41,943 nucleotides of DNA from Octopus bimaculoides. Lineage: Eukaryota. The notes beneath the pieces were generated by a model. The model worked only from the letters and a program-made list of their open reading frames with translations, was not told where the DNA came from and did not search any database. Positions 12,321 through 24,737 of the stretch are shown here, piece after piece (positions within the stretch are counted from its first letter, which is position 1; each line of letters opens with the position of its first letter). Position numbers and translations under genes: made by a program. The DNA lies in NCBI RefSeq assembly GCF_001194135.2, contig NC_068983.1:48485467-48527409 (forward strand), in the 5' to 3' direction.

Positions 12321-14717
12321 ATCGATATAAGAGATAAAAATCGACACGGCTTTAGAATGGTACATTTCTCTCTAATACTATAAATATTATAAACATATGC
12401 GTACCTCTTCTATATTTTGTATCCTTAAAATATTTGGCACAACGTCCGTCATTTCAAATCGCGATGACATCGTGAAAGTTTGTCAGCAAATTGGAAGAGT
12501 TTTCTGTCCAGTTGCTTATGTGTTTTTAGGCTGATTGTAACACTGTATGTATTCGTGATGTTGATGTGGTGACTATCTGAAAGATATATGTTGCTTTACT
12601 CGAAACAAATTAGCGTTGAGCCAGCTCTTGTTAATAGCGAAGTAACTGAGGAGTTGTGACTAGAATGCTTTGGAACGGATACTAACCCACCCGAATGCAT
12701 TCTGACAAGTATTTTTTACGCTCTGTCAGAGCTGGGAGCAATTCATCCTCAACAATATCGATATTATGGCACAAATATCTCAACTTCATCAAATCGATCC
12801 CTTTCCGTTTCCAGTAGCAAAGTCAACAGCACTTTACAGATACTGCGATACAATATTTCGGCTCTTTATCATTCCAGTTGTGGGGCAACTCTAGACCGCC
12901 ACACACATAAACTGGTATATACATCACTGTGTGTTAGGTTTGAAAGAAATTTTATGACATTGCATTATTACTAGAATTCTAAGCATTACGGGGAAGACAG
13001 ATGGGCGATTCACTGCAATGGTATGACACGGTTTTATCTAAAACCACACAAAGGAGACTTTCGTTTTTCCCTTGAATGAATTTTATTTAACGTTCGTTTC
13101 TGCAACTGAAAGATGTACACCTGGCCACAATTCCTTATTCTTTTCAGAATTGAATAAAGCACTCTGCTGACGCCTCAGTTCGTTCCGCCAAGTTTATTGG
13201 TGAGAGGCATAACGTTACTTTATGTTTAATAGATTTAGTCATGTAGCCCAATTTTCATGTTGATGTGAACGTTATGCATTTTCCTATATTATTACTATTG
13301 CTGTTGTTATTTATATTCTAGCTAAGACTTTGTTTCTTTCGGCGGGAAAACTCCTCCACAAAAGTCATCCATTCATACATCTGAAAATATTTTGGGAGAC
13401 CCCTACAATTACTATAGAGATGGATACTGATTTAGAGTTTTCAACATGAACAATTCTATAGTTCTGAGTAAATTACTAATACCTCTGTTGAAAATGTACG
13501 TAAAACTAAATCACCTAATTTAGCATCACGTTTATGGCAATAAAAGTAACCTCGATGTGAATACTCGACCAGCTAGAAGTAGCAGCTAAGACGTTTTCGG
13601 ATAATACTTGAGATACACACAAAAACAAAATGGAATTTAACAAGTAATCTAATACTAGATATCATCTAAAGATACGGAATGGTCCCGTGTTGAATTTCAT
13701 TCATTGTAGACTTCACTCCATCATCGTTGACCGGACCTAAACAATAGTAGTATTCAAAGAAATCGTTATTATCGTCATCACAATTATGATCTTCATTATA
13801 ATCACTTTCAAAATATACTTGCCATTATAATATTTTCTCGTTAAGGCATTGCATTGTATTTTACGGCAACCAAACGGCTATTGAATTACTTCCAAACGAT
13901 ACGACAATGGGAAACCTTTCAAGAGCGTTCTAGTAAAATTCTACAGAGATTCAATCAACAAGGCAATATTGTCTGTAAAAAGAACTATTTATAATATTTT
14001 CAAGGAAATATCATTTCGATTGTCTCTACATCATCTGCTTAGAAAGTTACCATTGTCTTAATTAAAAGAAATCAATGATCCGGTGGCATTGCAACTGACA
14101 ATGTTGAAGGGAACACCGAACAAACTGAACCGTTCCGGAAAGTACAAATCAAACATTTAATAAACGGAAGAATGCTAATGTTGAAATAACTAGCGGTCTT
14201 ATGGAGTATAAACATACCCTTGATGAATGGAAATATCACGTGATTCCAAACTTTGTAATCCCTCTGCAGTATATTCTGTATATATTTTTGTATTACTATA
14301 AGCAATAGAAATGAATGGTATAGTTTAGCCCCAGGTCAACCCCGATCAAGTAATTTTATGTTCAAACGAATTTTCCAGCATAATCAATTCGTTTATTTTT
14401 TTAAGATAGATCTTGTCATAAACCTACCTGTTGTCTCTAGTGTCTTGTAGTTTTTAAACAGTGCTATTTTAAGAGATTTGTTGAGTTTTGTTATTTAGCT
14501 TCAGACCATCCCTGGTTCCCAAGACATCGTTTGACTACACACGTGACAGGAAGAACTATGATATGCTGCAGTTGAATTCGGTTATTTGCAATCATTTCTT
14601 CATGTACAGAGATGATCAAGTGAAAAAGAATAGTAAGACGATCAAGGTTCCTGTTGGAGAAACCTATGACCAAAACATTTCACCCAATGCCAACTTGTTA
14701 TTTGTATACACACATCT

Positions 14718-15096
14718 GTGGAGGCGCAATGGCCCAGTGGTTAGGGCAGCGGACTCGTGGTCATGGGATCGCGGTTTCGATTCCCAGTCCGGGCGTTAAG
14801 AGTGTTTATTGAGCGAAAAGTCCCAAGGCTCCATGAGTCTCCGGCAGGGGTGGTGGCAAACCCTGCTATACTCTTTCACCACAACTTTCTCTCTTTCTTC
14901 CTGTTTCTGTTGTACCTGTAATTCAAAGGGGCCAGCCTTGTCACACACTTCGTCTCTCTGAATAACCCCGAGAACTACGTTAAGGGTACACGTGTCTATA
15001 GAATGCTCAGCCATTTACACGTTAATTTCACGAACAGGCTGTTCTGTCGATCGGATAAACTGGAACCCTTGTCGTCGTAACCAACAGAGTGCCACG
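14718..15096 (+). mobile_element. SINE family A long form
   Basis: Full-length match to the other long-form copies. Confidence 0.93.
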
Positions 15097-15374
15097 AATA
15101 CCAACTTCTACATTGACAAATATAGTCGTTTCTGAGAGGTTGCGTGGTTTAAGTGATTTCGAATGTAGCTTCTCTCGCATCAATTGGATTCGAAGTGTTT
15201 GCCTTTGGACTTTTAGATAATGTAGACACTAAAGCAATCACTTTACCGTATTTACAATCTATTTCTTTTGTGGGAATTGAAAGGAGAAAATCAAGTATAT
15301 CTAACAAAATTAACGTTTATGTTACTGGAAAAATATACCCATACATGTATACCATATAATATAATATAATAAAA

Positions 15375-16176
15375 GGTGCCCTTAATTATCTACTTCAATG
15401 AAATCGAAATTTACAAAAAAAAACTTTTATTCATATTTATCATGTTTAATGTGGAGGCGCAATGGTCCAGTGGTTAGGGCAGCGGACTCGTGGCTTCGAT
15501 TCCCAGACTGGGCGTTGTGTGTGTTTATTGAGTGAAAACACCTAAAGCTCCACGTGGCTCCAGCAGGGGGTGGTGGTGACCCCTGTTGTACTCTTTCACC
15601 ACAACTTTCTCTGACTCTTTTTTTCCTGTTTCTTGAGTAACGCTGCGATGGACTGGCGTCCCGTCCAGCTGCAGGGAACACATACGCCGGGGAAACCGGG
15701 CCCATGAACCTGGCTAGGCTTGAAAAGGGCGCATAAATAAAATAAATGATCACGTTTAATATGTGTTAAAAGTGCAGAATTTTTCAATTTTGTTTATAAT
15801 TTTTATAATTTTTGTTTTTATAATTTTATTTTCGATTCCGGTTGAATCCCGCTTATCTGTCCACAACAACTTTTTTTTTGTCTACCTTCATTCCTAGGAT
15901 GAAGCAATAATTTAGCGGTGCAGGAGATAACTCCTGAAATACTTCAAAATGTATTTCGCAACACTTAGAATAGACTTGAAATTCGCAACACTTTGGATAG
16001 ATTTGAAATTACGGAATATATGTTGAAAATTCACAATAAAATTTTGACGCATGATTCATAAATCTATTTCTTTTGATATCATAATTAAGTAAAAAAAAAA
16101 ACATAAAATTTTGTCAGTGATCCTTTTCTTAAATTTCCCCGATTTCATTGAAATAAGTAGTTAATCCTGGGACACC
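15375..16176 (+). mobile_element. Tc1/mariner-type non-autonomous TIR element, interrupted by a SINE
   Basis: Imperfect TIRs GGTGCCCTTAATTATCTACTTCAATGAAATC (15375-15405) and GATTTCATTGAAATAAGTAGTTAATCCTGGGACACC (16141-16176). A relic peptide EITPEILQNVFRNT*NRLE at about 15925-15980 resembles a Tc3/ITm transposase C-terminus. Confidence 0.55.
15451..15746 (+). mobile_element. SINE family A, short form with alternative 3' tail (probably OR2 type)
   Basis: Same head and body as the long form up to TTCCTGTTTCT, then GCTGCGATGGACTGGCGTCCCGTCCAGCTG...AAAAGGGCGC plus an A-rich tail. TSD ATCA(T/C)GTTTAAT at 15439-15450 and 15749-15760. Confidence 0.92.
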
Positions 16177-16193
16177 ATGCATAACATAATATA

Positions 16194-16317
16194 CAGGGTG
16201 TCCACAAAGTCTGGGTACATGGGGATTAACACAGATTTTAAGGAATTATTATTTCTTATATTTAATTGTTTATGTTATGATTTTATTTACTCCATGAACC
16301 CAGACCTTGTGGACATC
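16194..16317. mobile_element. MITE with about 27-bp TIRs (TA|CAGGGTG terminus, Tc1/mariner type)
   Basis: GGTGTCCACAAAGTCTGGGTACATGG on the left versus the reverse complement of CCATGAACCCAGACCTTGTGGACATC on the right; AT-rich interior. Confidence 0.8.
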
Positions 16318-17369
16318 GTTGGCCAGTCTTTGTCTCATTCTCAGATTACTTCTGCTAGCTTAAGTGCCATTGTTTGAAGCATGCTTTGAACCTTAATACA
16401 CATAAAACAAAGATCATTGTGCTGATGTTTGTGTTGAGCGTCAAGTATGCTTCTCAGAACTATCTCTCAAAACCAATGTGTCAGAGCAATGCTGTCTTCA
16501 CTGCTTTCTTAAGTGACTCTACAATTCCTCTGATAAACTATTTTATAATGTATGCAAATCGTCATGTCTGTCGACATCCACTGCCGTCCTAAGAAGAAAA
16601 GCTATACTTTCTAAGAGTTCGGAAACTGCAGTATTAAAAAATAAACAATATCTTTCGTAATTTAGTTCTTTTATGCCAGAAATTACGTTTAAAAAGTACG
16701 AGGAATTTTTATCCTGAATACTTTTGATCACAAATCTATCCAATGAAGACTGTTTAGAAATTACACAATTTCTGTAATGTAATAAATATATATATATACG
16801 TCAATCACACCAATCATTCATGGCTCTCAAAACTGAAGTCTTACATGGATCTCTAATGGCAAAGTGATTTACAACGACAAAACTCTAACAACACCTTTAA
16901 CTACAAATATCAAAATTAAAACAGAAAAACAAAATGGTTTCATTTTGTCTAATAAAATATAGTATTAGCAAATTGATATCGACACATATTTCATGTATTG
17001 GAATTTTATCAGAAATATTATGATGATTAATGGTGTTGTTCGCAGAGGTCATTTGAGGTTGATAATTGAGGGTCATATTGGAGTTAATGCGGGTGTTAGT
17101 TATAAGATTTACATACACTGGCGCAGTAATAACGATGATGGCGGAGAAAATGATAATACGAAGGTTTGTTGTTGTTATTATTGTTGTTTTAGCTGAAGGT
17201 GCCGCTGATGATGTAAAACTTATTGTTACTCTTGTCGCTGCTGTCGCTGTTGTTGTTATTGTTGTTGAACAATGAAAACTTTATGAGAATGTTTGGATAC
17301 ATATACTTTCGTTTTAATGTTATTAATGTTGATAGCTTCGTTAACATTAACAAAAATATTAGCGATGCT

Positions 17370-17370
17370 C

Positions 17371-17435
<65 letters not shown>

Positions 17436-17470
17436 AACGATGATGACGATAACAACGACGATGATGATAA
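17370..17470. repeat. (GAT)n microsatellite with GAC/AAC variants
   Basis: Direct reading. Confidence 0.95.
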
Positions 17471-17841
17471 TGGTGATGTTGGTGTTAGTATGTATGACGA
17501 AGACGATGAAGCTGACTATATTTATGATAGTGAAAAGATAAGAAAGCCACATGGCACGTGGAGTTAAGGAAGATAATGTGGATAGAAATACCATGGTTGG
17601 TCTTTTGCCATGTATCCTTTTTACTGTGTTGAGTTCGGCAAGAATCGAGCTGTCACGAGGACCAAAAACATATCTGTGTCTCTGCTATGACAGTCTTTCT
17701 TTCTTTGTCAGCTGGGTAAGTTACATAACGAAGGATGCCGATCATCGTGTTTTTTTTATTTTTCAAGCCAGTAATGGGTAATTTTAAATACATTCTTCAT
17801 TAGGTGTTAATTTATTTTTTTATCATATGTCTGCATCGATT

Positions 17842-17971
17842 ATTTTAGACATTGGATTACGACCATGTCGGAGCATCGTCTCCAGGCTTTAGTCGAACAA
17901 ATCGACCTGTGCTAATTTTTAAAGTCTAGTACTTAATTCTATCGGTCTCTTTTGCCGAATCGCTAGGGACT

Positions 17972-18037
<66 letters not shown>
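17842..18037 (-). mobile_element. SINE family C, 3' half up to its internal (CA)n tract
   Basis: Matches the 3' half of 24302-24737 (GACCATG-GGAGCA..., TTTAGTCGAACAAATCGAC, AGTACTTA-TTCTATCGGTCTCTTTTGCCGAA-CGCTA). Confidence 0.8.
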
Positions 18038-18038
<1 letters not shown>

Positions 18039-18622
18039 CACATATGTATGATGAGCTTCTACAGAATATCTCTAAACAAATCCACNNNNNNNNNNNNNNN
18101 NNNNNNNNNNNNNNNNNNNNNNNNNNNNNNNNNNNNNNNNNNNNNNNNNNNNNNNNNNNNNNNNNNNNNNNNNNNNNNNNNNNNNNNNNNNNNNNNNNNN
18201 NNNNNNNNNNNNNNNNNNNNNNNNNNNNNNNNNNNNNNNNNNNNNNNNNNNNNNNNNNNNNNNNNNNNNNNNNNNNNNNNNNNNNNNNNNNNNNNNNNNN
18301 NNNNNNNNNNNNNNNNNNNNNNNNNNNNNNNNNNNNNNNNNNNNNNNNNNNNNNNNNNNNNNNNNNNNNNNNNNNNNNNNNNNNNNNNNNNNNNNNNNNN
18401 NNNNNNNNNNNNNNNNNNNNNNNNNNNNNNNNNNNNNNNNNNNNNNNNNNNNNNNNNNNNNNNNNNNNNNNNNNNNNNNNNNNNNNNNNNNNNNNNNNNN
18501 NNNNNNNNNNNNNNNNNNNNNNNNNNNNNNNNNNNNNNNNNNNNNNNNNNNNNNNNNNNNNNNNNNNNNNNNNNNNNNNNNNNNNNNNNNNNNNNNNNNA
18601 AAAAAAAAAAAAAAAAAAAAAA

Positions 18623-18822
18623 ATGGGCAACTGGAAGGCCCCTGGACCAGATGGAGTTATAGAAAACAGCACTGCTTGTAACTGCTCGAATATTCCAGAT
18701 GGTGCTCGAAAAATAAAATGGTGTTACCTTAGCTCGCTGGCAGTGAACAGCTGACACCGTAGTACATCTCCGGCGTTAGAAGCTGTGCAAAGGCAATAAT
18801 AATAATAATAATAATAATAATG

Positions 18823-18868
<46 letters not shown>
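18623..18868 (+). mobile_element. Internally deleted RLE-type non-LTR retrotransposon: RT N-terminal motif fused to C-terminus, 3'UTR and (AAT)n tail
   Basis: 18623-18658 encodes MGNWKAPGPDGV (LINE RT-proximal APGPDG motif). 18663-18716, one frame shifted, encodes KTALLVTARIFQMVLEK*, resembling the R4/Dong-type terminal QKTALLGTARILRKVLE. Then about 80 nt of UTR and an AAT tail. Confidence 0.8.
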
Positions 18869-18869
<1 letters not shown>

Positions 18870-19189
18870 TATTATTATTATTATTTACATTTGAAGAAGG
18901 ATTGTACATTTCAGATGTGTGTGCATGAAGAAATTTAGTAACCACAGTACGTGGCTAGTGATGTTGCATCGATTTCTGCAGAATGTGAGCGTTGCTGTGT
19001 TTCGAACAACGGGTGTGGAATTGCGATGAAAAATAAAGTTTTTAAATACGTAGAAGTACTAAATATTAACGATGCCATTGTTTATAACGATCGATTCACA
19101 TAAATGTTATTCTTCTTTTACTGATTTCTTCTTCATATTTTTATTGCTGTTATTATCTTCTCTGCCTATTTCTCCTCCCCTTCTGCCTA

Positions 19190-19301
19190 TTCCTTCTTCT
19201 TCTTCTTTTTCTTCTTCTTCTTCTTCTTCTTCTTCTTCTTCTTCTTCTTCTTCTTCTTCTTCTTCTTCTTCTTTATCTTCTTCTTTTTCTTTTTCTTCTT
19301 C

Positions 19302-19333
<32 letters not shown>

Positions 19334-19683
19334 CTTCTTCTCTTTCTTCTTCTTCTTCTCTTTCTTCTACTTCTGCACCTTCTTCTTCTTCTTCTTCTTC
19401 ATCTTCTTCTTCTCCACCTTCTTCTTCTTCTTCTTCTCCTCCTCCTTTTTCTTCTTCTTCTTCTTCTTCTTCTTCTTCTTCTTCTTCTTCTTCTTCTTCT
19501 TCTCCTCCTCCTCCTCCTCCTCCTCCTCCTCCACCACCATCATCATCATCATCATCGCTCTCAACCTTTACCTACTCGTCGTTGTTGCTGTCCTCTTCTT
19601 CGCCCTCCTCGCCATTGTCATCGTCATCGTCATACTCCTTATCATCACCATCTTCACCATCTCCTCCTTCTCCTTCATATTCC

Positions 19684-19728
<45 letters not shown>

Positions 19729-19860
19729 GTCATCATACTCCACCTACTCTTCCTCGTTGCCGACGTCTTCCTTGTCGTTCTCCCCCTCCTCATCATGATC
19801 AGCATCTCCATCATCCCTTCTTTCTTCTATTTCCTTCCCCCCCCTCCCTCTTGTTTTTAT
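19190..19860. repeat. Compound triplet array (TTC)n to (CTC)n to (CAT)n/(CGT)n
   Basis: Direct reading; explains the poly-S/P/I ORF 19072-19872. Confidence 0.92.
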
Positions 19861-20714
19861 TGCTGTCGATGATCATGTTATTATGATAGTAATATTGATG
19901 AGGAGAATGAAGTGAAATACTCTGAAACAGAGCAAAAAAAAAAAAAAAAAAAAAAAATAGAGAAAAGGAAAAAAAATGACAAAAGGAAGGAAGATGGGCA
20001 AGACAAAAATTAAAAAAAAACCCACAATCGTCCGTCCGGCCAAATCACACAACAATAAATAGCACGGCTGAAATCAGTGTCTAGACCTGTTGAATATAAA
20101 TCTAATAATAGAACGTTGCTAAACGTTACTAAATTACTATTACAAACAAGCCATTTATAAAATTACTTTCAGGCACTGAATTACAGAATCTATAATGATT
20201 ACAATCCATCTATCATATCGCATCATTTTTCTTGAATGCATTGATTGTAAAAGTTAAAAGGCGTACATAAATTATTTTAAATAATTATATCACTTCCCGC
20301 CATTATTCTCTTTATTAATTTTCATCTGTCAAAGTTAGGTAATTTATAGTCTATAATTATTATTTCTCTACTTGCACATGCCCTAAATCACGAAGGCTTC
20401 TTCGTAGAGTAGGAATTCATGTGCATCATCATATCATGGTTCTCTTTCCCCTTCAACCTTCTCTCATTCCTTCTCTTCCTCATTCTCCTCATTATTATCA
20501 CCGGTATCATGACCCTGTTAGAATTCATTAGGATAATAATAGTGGAATTGTTTTGTTTTTGCTCTGCGTGTTTGCTTTTACAGATATTTTGTTTTTGCCA
20601 AAATCTGTGTTTTTACACTGGTATTCCATTGAGCTGTACACTTTCTTCGTTACCCAGGTTTTGAATACAGCAACGCTGGTGCTAAACTTAGCAGTCCAAC
20701 GAATATAAGTTTGG

Positions 20715-20951
20715 TTATTTCATATTTTTTATTGCCCACAAGAGACTAAACATAGAGGTGACAAACAAGGACAGACAAAGGGATTGAGTCGATTACATCG
20801 ACCCCAGTGCGTAACTGATACTTAATTTATCGACCCCGAAAGGATGAAAGGCAAAGTCGACCTCGGCGGAATTTGAACTCAGAACGTAAAGGCAGACGAA
20901 ATACCGCGAAGCATTTCACCCGGCGTGCTAACGTTTCTGCCAGCTCGCCGC
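20715..20951 (-). mobile_element. SINE family B, tail type 1 (…TTTGTCTGTCCTTGTTTGTC…GTGGGCAATAAA)
   Basis: Well-preserved full-length copy. Confidence 0.93.
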
Positions 20952-23655
20952 ATTGAAATTTTGATTATTTCAATATGTCAGTTCGTTTCAATGACAAAAA
21001 TGAAAGCGTAATGATAAGAAACACTCGAAAAGTAAAAGAACTTCCCAGGAGCCCCCGCTTACAACTGCTTCGGACAATAACTTCTTGCAATTTANNNNNN
21101 NNNNNNNNNNNNNNNNNNNNNNNNNNNNNNNNNNNNNNNNNNNNNNNNNNNNNNNNNNNNNNNNNNNNNNNNNNNNNNNNNNNNNNNNNNNNNNNNNNNN
21201 NNNNNNNNNNNNNNNNNNNNNNNNNNNNNNNNNNNNNNNNNNNNNNNNNNNNNNNNNNNNNNNNNNNNNNNNNNNNNNNNNNNNNNNNNNNNNNNNNNNN
21301 NNNNNNNNNNNNNNNNNNNNNATAGCAAAAATCTTTGCTTATGATCTACCTGACTGGGTAGATTCATAATGTTGTTATGGTCTCCAAAATTTTGTCGTGT
21401 AGAGAAATTGTAACTGAAACGATAAAAGGGCTTTACCTAAAGCATTCCGCATTTCCGAGAGTTGCTATTGACTGCCTGAGATGTATTTGATATTTCTAGC
21501 AAAGTTACTGTTCCGTTAGAAGGGTCCTCAATAGATCCCATTCTTTACAACTGGAAGGCTTATATGTATTGTTTCTATGCCTTTAACCTACTCGAAAAAT
21601 TTATATATTGAAACGATATATTAACTTTATATATTTGTGTATTATATTGATACATGTATTTCTAAGCTATCATATTTATAACTGGTATTTTTATTTAACT
21701 TCTTACTTTCTCAGTCGATATGCTATTTATTATTTAGAAACATAGCAATTGTCAACATTGTTGCATCAAATAACATACTTGTAATATCTAGGCTTTTGAA
21801 TTACGAATACGAAATTACAAATTTGTCATTAGAAACGATGTTTGTGTTTAAATTTATTAGTCAATTCATCATGGTAAAATATATTTAAAATTTATAATAT
21901 ATTTATTTACTTAATGTATATTTAATTTCTCTGAATTCCTGTACAATAAATGTAGAATGGTTCTATCTATAATATAATATAATACAATATAATATAATCT
22001 ATAATATATATATTAAATTATATTTGTATTTCATGTTGGAAATTTTTGTGCTTTTCAGAATATATTTTCTTTACTTTTCAATTGACTCAATTTAAGAACT
22101 CTAAAAATGCAAATAAAATAATAATGCATACCATTTGAGCGAAATTTTGTTCCACATTCGACTTTTATGATTTTCGTGATAACATCAATACATATTTTCC
22201 CTCCTGAGATATCTCTATCAGAACTTGAAGACACAAATACACTGCTGTACAAATTCATTTCGGTAATTATATTAAAATGATTTCGTCATTATTTATAACG
22301 TTTAATGAAGAATATGGACACTTGCTAAGACCGCATTCTTCTGGTCATCGACGACTCATTGTAGAACTTATACCATTTTTAGCATCAGATTTCACAATAA
22401 CTTGCAGAACTCCTATAATGCCATTGTGCATCATGCAACAACCCCTGTTGTCACGACATAAAATATTATTTATTTTCATCTAATCCGGAGTCAAGATTCG
22501 ATCATGTGATGTTTTTCCCACCCACAATAGCTTACGTCTACCAAGTATTGTAGATATACATCGACTCATTGTTGTGGATTGATACTTTTCACTTTAGGAC
22601 ACTTACTGTGGTACAGATAGTTCATTTCTTCCTCGTGAGAAAGTTGAAGTTACAATTTGCCACTTTTGAATTGTTGCAATAGATTAGTTCGTTTTGTAAA
22701 GTTATATTCTCAATACGATATGATTCGTCTTACTTTATAACAATATGTCCTCCCATGCAGAATCCAGGGGAGACAATCTGCTTCCATGTATACCTCTGGT
22801 AGTGTCAATCTTGAAGACATAGGTCTTGAGACGCAACTATCAGTTCGTAAATGTCATCAATGAACAATGAGACTTGTAGCCATTGTGTTTCCCTTGACTT
22901 TTCACAACATGGATTAGTTATTCAAACGGCTGTTGCATGTTTTATTTTCGTAAAGGGTTCAAGATTATTAAAAAGTGTTTTGGGTTTTGGAAAGTTTTCT
23001 ACCAGATTTTGAGTGCGTGCAATTAAGGTTCCTTAATTTCTGTATATGTGTTTGTTCTCACCTTGCACATGTTCTACAGTCAATATGCAAGAAATATGTA
23101 TCATATTATGATTCACTTCTAGTGACATAACTTTGATATCCTCACCCAGAAATGTTCCAAATGAGAATGGCATCAAACTAGGAAATACAATCTCTCAAAA
23201 TTCCTTCACCGCATCTCCAGAAATGTTCATCGGATCTACTGAGTAGAGATGAGGCTTGAACGTCTGGTGGATGTTCCTATTTGTCTGATGTACAGTTATC
23301 GTTACTGAGATAGAATGATACCAATATATTTAGAATAATTCAATGTAATCTCATTTCATATCAAACAATGTGGTCTTATTACGATTGGTAGAAATCATTA
23401 ATGTTTAATTATTTCCGTTGCATCTTTTCTTTTTATTTTGTAATGACATTTCGATTTCCTCAAATACCATAAAAAGGAACATTTTTACCAATGTTTAAAA
23501 GAAAATTATTGCGTGGACGATATGTCAATATCCAGTCAATCCCTCTTAAAATTTTCACTACTAATAATTATTGGATCAACAACAATTGTGTGAGACAAAA
23601 AGAAACATTTAGTCCGTGAAGAGAGTTTCGCTAGATTAGGGTTTCATACTAATAT

Positions 23656-23872
23656 TCTTTCCTACTATAGGCACAAGGCCCGAAATTTTGGGGGAGAGGA
23701 GGGGGGGCAATCGATTATATCGACACCAGTACGCAACTAATACTTAATTGATCGACCCCGAAAGGATGAAAGGCAAGACATTGGTGGAATTTTAATTCAG
23801 AACGTAAAGACAGACGAAATACCGCTAATCATTTCGCCCAGCGTACTAACGTTTCTGCCAGCTCACCGCCTT
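23656..23872 (-). mobile_element. SINE family B, tail type 2 (unit 1 of tandem dimer)
   Basis: Match to other copies. Confidence 0.92.
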
Positions 23873-23888
23873 GATTTCATGTTAACAT

Positions 23889-24103
23889 TCCTTTCCACTC
23901 TAGGCACAAGGTCCAACATTTTGGGGGAGGGGGACAGTCAATTATATCGACCCTAGTACACAACTGATACTTAATTTATCGACCCTGAAAAAATGAAAAG
24001 CAAAGTCGACCTTGGCAGAATTTGAACTGAGAAAGTAAAGATAGACGAAATACCGCTAAGCATTTTGCCCAGCGTGCTAGCGTTTCTGCCAGCTCACCGC
24101 CTT
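23889..24103 (-). mobile_element. SINE family B, tail type 2 (unit 2 of tandem dimer)
   Basis: Match to other copies. Confidence 0.92.
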
Positions 24104-24301
24104 GATTTCATACTAATATCACAAAATCAATGGAATACATAGAAACACGCACAGTTACGTGTGTATGTGTGCGTTTATATATGTGCATGTGTGTGTGTTT
24201 GCGTATGGGAGAAGTGCTGTACAAACTCACATACACAAACAAACACGTACACAACACACACACATCTATATATGTGTTAATCAAAAGAAATTTATATGTA
24301 T

Positions 24302-24496
24302 TACTCTTTTACTTGTTTCAGTCATTTGACTGCGGCCATGCTAGAGCACTGCCTTTAGTCGACCAAATCTACTCCAGGACTTATTCTATGTAAGTTACGT
24401 ACTTAATCTATTGTTCTCTTTTGACAAACCGCTAGGTTACGGGGACGTAAACACTCCCGCATCGGTTATCAAGCGATGTTGGGAGACACATATACA

Positions 24497-24576
<80 letters not shown>

Positions 24577-24737
24577 ACGAGCTACTTTCAGTTTCCGTCC
24601 ACAAATCCACTCACAAGCCTTTGATCGGCCCGATACTATAAAGAAGACACTTGCTCAAGGTGACATGCAGTGCGACTGAACCCGGAACTATGTGGTTGGA
24701 AGACAAGCTACTTACCACGCAGCCACTCCTGTGCCTA
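24302..24737 (-). mobile_element. SINE family C, full length, with internal (CA)n
   Basis: Minus strand: TAGGCACAGGAGTGGCTGCGTGGTAAG... (A-box-like), CCGGGTTCAGTCGC (B-box-like), (TG)n of about 33 units, 3' GACTGAAACAAGTAAAAAGAGTA. Confidence 0.92.

Noticed and set aside
7421-12830. Phase-consistent chain of further plus-strand exons (about 7421, 10287, 11419, 12730)
   Set aside because: Requires several atypical GTAGA/GTAGC donors and gives no recognisable protein; likely over-fitting.
13148-13199. Strong acceptor and donor pair (TTCTTTTCAG|…TTG|GTGAGA)
   Set aside because: Stop codons in all three frames. Could only be a non-coding exon, for which there is no evidence.
14718-14790. tRNA-Arg-like sequence (also at the other family A heads)
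   Set aside because: A and B boxes are present but there is no proper acceptor stem, and the sequence continues into the SINE body; not a tRNA gene.
22733-22830. Minus-strand peptide ADCLPWILHGRTYCYK before a GTAAGA donor, resembling a C-type lectin N-terminus
   Set aside because: Poor acceptor, and the next candidate exon lacks the lectin W..A...C motif.
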